This document shows, piece by piece, positions 16,397-20,092 of a stretch of DNA of 20,092 nucleotides. Below the pieces are notes generated by a model that was not told the origin of the DNA, searched no databases, and saw only the letters and a list, made by a program, of their open reading frames with translations. The DNA lies in NCBI GenBank assembly GCA_048882505.1, contig JBHLRO010000004.1, positions 1 through 20,092 on the forward strand. The letters are read 5' to 3'. Within the stretch, counting starts at the first letter, position 1; every line of letters starts with the position of its first letter. Made by a program: the position numbers and the translations under genes. Source of the DNA: Candidatus Thorarchaeota archaeon (lineage in GTDB: Archaea; Asgardarchaeota; Heimdallarchaeia; Hodarchaeales; Hodarchaeaceae).

Positions 16397-17605
16397 ATGA
16401 TGAAGTTCACTAAAACCTACATCCCATATGGATGTTACTGGTCTACTCCCTTTGCTCGCTGGCAAGGATCCTTTTCGCACCTAAATTCTGTAACATTCGC
16501 AGCGGATGTGGCAAAAAGTGCCTTAAAAAAGCGTCATGTTCCTCCTGAAATCTTCAAAGCGATATATTTGGGGATTACTATCCCTCAAAAACACAGTTTT
16601 TATGGTCAAACGTGGCTCGCTGGTCTGATTGGAGCTCCACATACCACAGGTCCCATGATGGCGCAAGCTTGCGCAACTTCAGCTCGTGTTATTGGTGGTG
16701 CTACAGCTGAAATAGAAGCAAGTCAACGAAATGACTATACAATATTAGCTGTTACCTGTGATCGAACAAGTAATGGGCCTAGCATCCTCTACCCAAATCC
16801 CTATGCCCCTGGCGCTCGACCCGATGTTGAAAACTGGGTCTGGGATAATTTTGGATGTGATCCTTACGCTAATAATCCAATGATTGAGACTGCGGAAAAT
16901 GTGGCCCGAGAAGCAGGGATCTCTAGGGAAGAGCAAGAACGAACGACATTGCTAAGATATCAGCAGTATAATCAAGCACTCGAAAATGATGCGGCTTTCC
17001 TGCATCGGTTCATGGAAATTCCACAGGCGGTTAAAATAGGAAGGAAGACAGTTTTGGTCGAGGAAGATGAAGGAGTGCACAATACTACTGCTGATGGGCT
17101 CCAACGTCTCAATTCCGTAATTAAAAATGGAACAGTGACATATGGAACCCAAACGCATCCTGCAGATGGCAATTGCGGAATGATTTTGACATCCCAAGGA
17201 CAGGCCAAGGAGATGAGCCTGAACTCAGACATCGAAATCCAAGTTGTCTCCTTTGGACAAGCACGAAGCAAGAGGGGGTTTATGCCAATGGCGCCCGTTC
17301 CCGCATCTCAAAATGCCCTCGAAGACGCTGCATTACAGGCTGAGGAAATAACTGCAACGAAGCTTCACAACCCATTTGCAGTAAATGACATTTATTTCAG
17401 CCAGGAATTGGGTATTGCCCTCGAGGATGTCAATAACTATGGTTCCTCCTTAGTCTGGGGACATCCCCAGGGCCCAACAGGAATGAGGTTAACTATTGAA
17501 CTGATCGAGGAACTAGTGATGAAAAAAGGAGGGTTTGGGCTATTTGCAGGCTGTTCGGCAGGGGACTCCGCGGCTGCCATAGTTATTCAAGTGGAAGTCT
17601 CTTGA
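16397..17605 (+). CDS. Thiolase-family protein (variant type) coupled to oah
   Basis: IPYGCYWSTPFARWQG, candidate nucleophile QACATS, GTVTYGTQTHPADG, VNNYGSSLVWGHPQGPTG, C-terminal GCSAGD. GGAGG RBS; 2 nt after the oah stop. Confidence 0.88.
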   Translation: MMKFTKTYIPYGCYWSTPFARWQGSFSHLNSVTFAADVAKSALKKRHVPPEIFKAIYLGITIPQKHSFYGQTWLAGLIGAPHTTGPMMAQACATSARVIGGATAEIEASQRNDYTILAVTCDRTSNGPSILYPNPYAPGARPDVENWVWDNFGCDPYANNPMIETAENVAREAGISREEQERTTLLRYQQYNQALENDAAFLHRFMEIPQAVKIGRKTVLVEEDEGVHNTTADGLQRLNSVIKNGTVTYGTQTHPADGNCGMILTSQGQAKEMSLNSDIEIQVVSFGQARSKRGFMPMAPVPASQNALEDAALQAEEITATKLHNPFAVNDIYFSQELGIALEDVNNYGSSLVWGHPQGPTGMRLTIELIEELVMKKGGFGLFAGCSAGDSAAAIVIQVEVS

Positions 17606-17626
17606 CACTAGGATTGGTTTGATTGG

Positions 17627-18787
17627 GTGTCCAAGGTACAGCTTAACCTACTTAGGGTCAACCAACTCAAAAAGCAATTCTTGTACCTCAATGATCCCCC
17701 CGATTTCTATGAGATCACCAGGTATCACTTAGGTCTCCATTCCACTGATTATTGGACTCCATACCTTTCTGTCTTTGCACGAAGAGGAGATTATTCTCCT
17801 GATGAAGTCTTCGAATCACTCAATAAGGGAGATCGTCTGGTTAGGATTAATGCCTTCAGAGGTACAAATTTCGTCATTCATACTGACAATTTGTCTTTAA
17901 TTCACAACGGTACCGCCCTCTACCTTATTAAAAGAGGATATAGGGTTCCCCCGTTACGTGATTTTACCGAGGAAGAGATTGACGAGAGGATAGGCGACGT
18001 TTTGGAAAAAGTCGCAGATGGTCCTTTAACATTAAGGGAGTTACATAAACTACTCCCCCAATCGTCTCAGGAAACTAGTTGGATAATAAAGCTAGCTATG
18101 GCCAAAGGGCTAGTTATTCGTGCTTCGGCGAATCACGCGAAAAGTAATCGTACATCATACGCTCTTATGAAGAGTTGGGTGCCATTGGTGGATCTATACG
18201 ACTTCACTTCAAATGAGGCGCAAGAGCAGATTATCGAAAGGTATGTAGGGGTTTTTGGACCCGTTTCTGAGGCTGATATTGCATGGTGGCTACCTTTGTC
18301 CAAATCTCGCCTTCATTATCATCTTAAGAACCTTGAATCGGCGATTTCGCGAGTAGATATGGTGAAAAAACCATATTATATGACACAAACCGATTATGAA
18401 GCAGCGTCCTCTGTAGATTCACCGAAGGCACCTGTAATCAATTTCCTGCCTTATGAAGATCATTTCCCCAAGGCCTACCGTGATCGTTCATGGTACATCT
18501 CAGAGAGTGATCAGGAAAGAGTGTTTCCTCGGTCAGCTAAGAATTTTTGGCCTGAAAAACCAGAATCGACAATTTTTACAGGGCCAAATACGAGTGGGGA
18601 GATCCGGCCTTCGATTTGGCTAAACGACACCATCATAGGGAGGTGGGAACTTGAAGGTACCAATAAGAAGTTGAGGGTTGTCCTTAGCGTCTTTCATGAA
18701 CATTCATCAGACGTGATATCCCAAATAAAGGAGAAGAAGGGGGAACTAGAATCTTTTGTAAATGAAAGATTAGTACCTATTTCCTAG
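17627..18787 (+). CDS. AlkZ/YcaQ-like (HTH_42) winged-helix DNA glycosylase family protein
   Basis: GLHSTDYWTPYLSVFAR, RINAFRGTNF, YVGVFGPVSEADIAWW, FLPYEDHF, GEIRPSIWLNDTIIGRW. Confidence 0.8.
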   Translation: MSKVQLNLLRVNQLKKQFLYLNDPPDFYEITRYHLGLHSTDYWTPYLSVFARRGDYSPDEVFESLNKGDRLVRINAFRGTNFVIHTDNLSLIHNGTALYLIKRGYRVPPLRDFTEEEIDERIGDVLEKVADGPLTLRELHKLLPQSSQETSWIIKLAMAKGLVIRASANHAKSNRTSYALMKSWVPLVDLYDFTSNEAQEQIIERYVGVFGPVSEADIAWWLPLSKSRLHYHLKNLESAISRVDMVKKPYYMTQTDYEAASSVDSPKAPVINFLPYEDHFPKAYRDRSWYISESDQERVFPRSAKNFWPEKPESTIFTGPNTSGEIRPSIWLNDTIIGRWELEGTNKKLRVVLSVFHEHSSDVISQIKEKKGELESFVNERLVPIS

Positions 18788-18802
18788 TTATGATGGAAAT
18801 GT

Positions 18803-20092
18803 TCATTCGTTCTTCCGTCTTGTAGACATGGTTCGAACAGCTATCGCTAGAATTCCTAATGTTAAAAGAAGGCTAGGAGTCGGGATTCCGATTACAGATG
18901 TTGTTGTTGTGGAACTTGCTGAAGACGTATTTTCACCTATTGTAAAGATTTCTGAATAGCCAATTCCGCTGGAAGTTTCATTATAGAAGTGATACTTAAT
19001 TTTGTAGTCCCCTGCAATTAGATCCGTTATATCGATGTTTGGGGCCTCCCAAAATTTCTCCACAGAGTTATATGTCAAGTTTCCTTTAATCCCTGTTGAA
19101 CTTCCCGAAGAATTTACTATTTCAAACGTCTTGCCGTCTGCATCTGACCATTTATACCCGTTTTTGTCGGTGACAGTGACATTCCAAAGATTTAATCGTC
19201 CATCTTGAATAAAAAGGTCATAGCTACCTAAACTTATGAAAATCCCTTCAGGATTCACCATGTACCAATACGCTTGGCCGGGAGCAGGATTTTCGTTATC
19301 GTGGTCTGGGGTTCCTGGTTTTGTGAATGAACTCACGATAAACGTATAAGTGTCCGAGGATAGATTGAAATCATCTGCATGAAAGCTCCCCGTGCCATCG
19401 GAAGCAATAACAATGGGTATTATCTGTGTTGTTGATTCAGGAGCGCTAGAGTTCTTTAAGACAGCAGTTACTAAATATCCAGCATCGTCTATCCCCTGAA
19501 ATTCGAGTTCAAATGGTATGTTAGGATCATGGTTAAATTGGAGGTAATTTGTTCCCCAGAAGGGAATAGTATCTTCAGTTCTTGGAATCGGCATGGTAGA
19601 AATATAGGGGCCTTCAACTCTCATTGTAAGGTTAATCTCAGTGTAGCCATATGCTCCATTCCCTAAGCTAGTGTTATCTATTAAGTTGGCAATTGTCCAA
19701 TTCCGGAAAACCTCTTTGAAACTGACAGAATAGCCCTTACTTACGAGTGCATCTTCTATACTCTTTGTACCATTCGTGGTTCTTTGAACAATCTCTTTAA
19801 TAATTGAGGCCCCTCCGTAATGCTCAGATAAATAAAGAAAAAACGCAAAGGAGGCCCCGTAATTCCCTAGTACTCGATTAAAATCATCATAGTACCAATG
19901 GGTTAATGAAATGTCTGGATTTTCTTGAAATCCATATGTTCCACCTTTATAGGGTTCCAAACTGGCAAATGGATTCAATCCTATAAGGTATTCCGAGAAC
20001 ATGGAAGCTCCTTCATCGAGCCAGACGTCCTCGTCGATATCCTTATAGTAGTGAATAAGATGTTGGAATTCATGGGCAATAACATCGAAATT
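18803..20092 (-). CDS. Secreted, membrane-anchored zinc metallopeptidase (M30/neutral-protease-like), 5' end outside the window
   Basis: The frame is open upstream of the ORF-track ATG 20002 to the window edge and reads NFDVIAHEFQHLIHYYKDIDEDVWLDEGASMFSEY (HEXXH plus downstream Glu). NYGASFAFFLYLSEHYG. Ends in a Ser/Thr linker, IGIPTPS, TM and RRKNE. Confidence 0.85.
   Translation of the reverse strand, partial: NFDVIAHEFQHLIHYYKDIDEDVWLDEGASMFSEYLIGLNPFASLEPYKGGTYGFQENPDISLTHWYYDDFNRVLGNYGASFAFFLYLSEHYGGASIIKEIVQRTTNGTKSIEDALVSKGYSVSFKEVFRNWTIANLIDNTSLGNGAYGYTEINLTMRVEGPYISTMPIPRTEDTIPFWGTNYLQFNHDPNIPFELEFQGIDDAGYLVTAVLKNSSAPESTTQIIPIVIASDGTGSFHADDFNLSSDTYTFIVSSFTKPGTPDHDNENPAPGQAYWYMVNPEGIFISLGSYDLFIQDGRLNLWNVTVTDKNGYKWSDADGKTFEIVNSSGSSTGIKGNLTYNSVEKFWEAPNIDITDLIAGDYKIKYHFYNETSSGIGYSEIFTIGENTSSASSTTTTSVIGIPTPSLLLTLGILAIAVRTMSTRRKNE

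Noticed and set aside
15584-17271. ORFs 15584-15847, 15694-15891, 16122-16382, 16745-16936, 16952-17197 and 16972-17271
   Set aside because: Shadows of oah and the thiolase.
1-20092. rRNA, tRNA, CRISPR arrays, transposases or integrases
   Set aside because: None recognised by eye. tRNAscan-SE, Infernal and ISEScan would be needed to exclude divergent elements.

Overview
Archaeal-looking chromosomal window. I infer Asgard archaea (Heimdallarchaeia-like) from a degenerate Rab-like GTPase remnant, a long TPR-like protein, several surface proteins ending in a TM helix plus basic tail, and GGAGG/GGTGA-type ribosome-binding sites; this is not a phylogenetic result. The most interesting locus is at the left end. 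A secreted DOMON + >=5 fibronectin-III protein (1-1973, minus strand, absent from the ORF track because it runs off the window) is divergent from a two-gene unit: a membrane-anchored DOMON protein and an orphan di-heme cytochrome b. Both DOMON domains keep the Met and His expected of heme-b ligands, so the three genes form a candidate trans-membrane/extracellular electron-transfer module. The window also carries parts of anaerobic benzoyl-CoA metabolism (oah plus thiolase; one 2-hydroxyacyl-CoA dehydratase/benzoyl-CoA reductase-family subunit plus its ATP-dependent activator; a PaaY-like gamma-CA). Other genes are panE, a DinB-family protein, a thiosulfate sulfurtransferase, an AlkZ-like glycosylase, two unknown surface proteins and a partial HEXXH metallopeptidase. 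Two decay zones (about 11.7-12.5 kb and 14.4-15.1 kb) hold gene remnants, including a ChrB C-terminal fragment joined back-to-back to a 5'-truncated small GTPase. I saw no rRNA, tRNA, CRISPR array or transposase. All family calls come from motif recognition by eye; no database searches were run.
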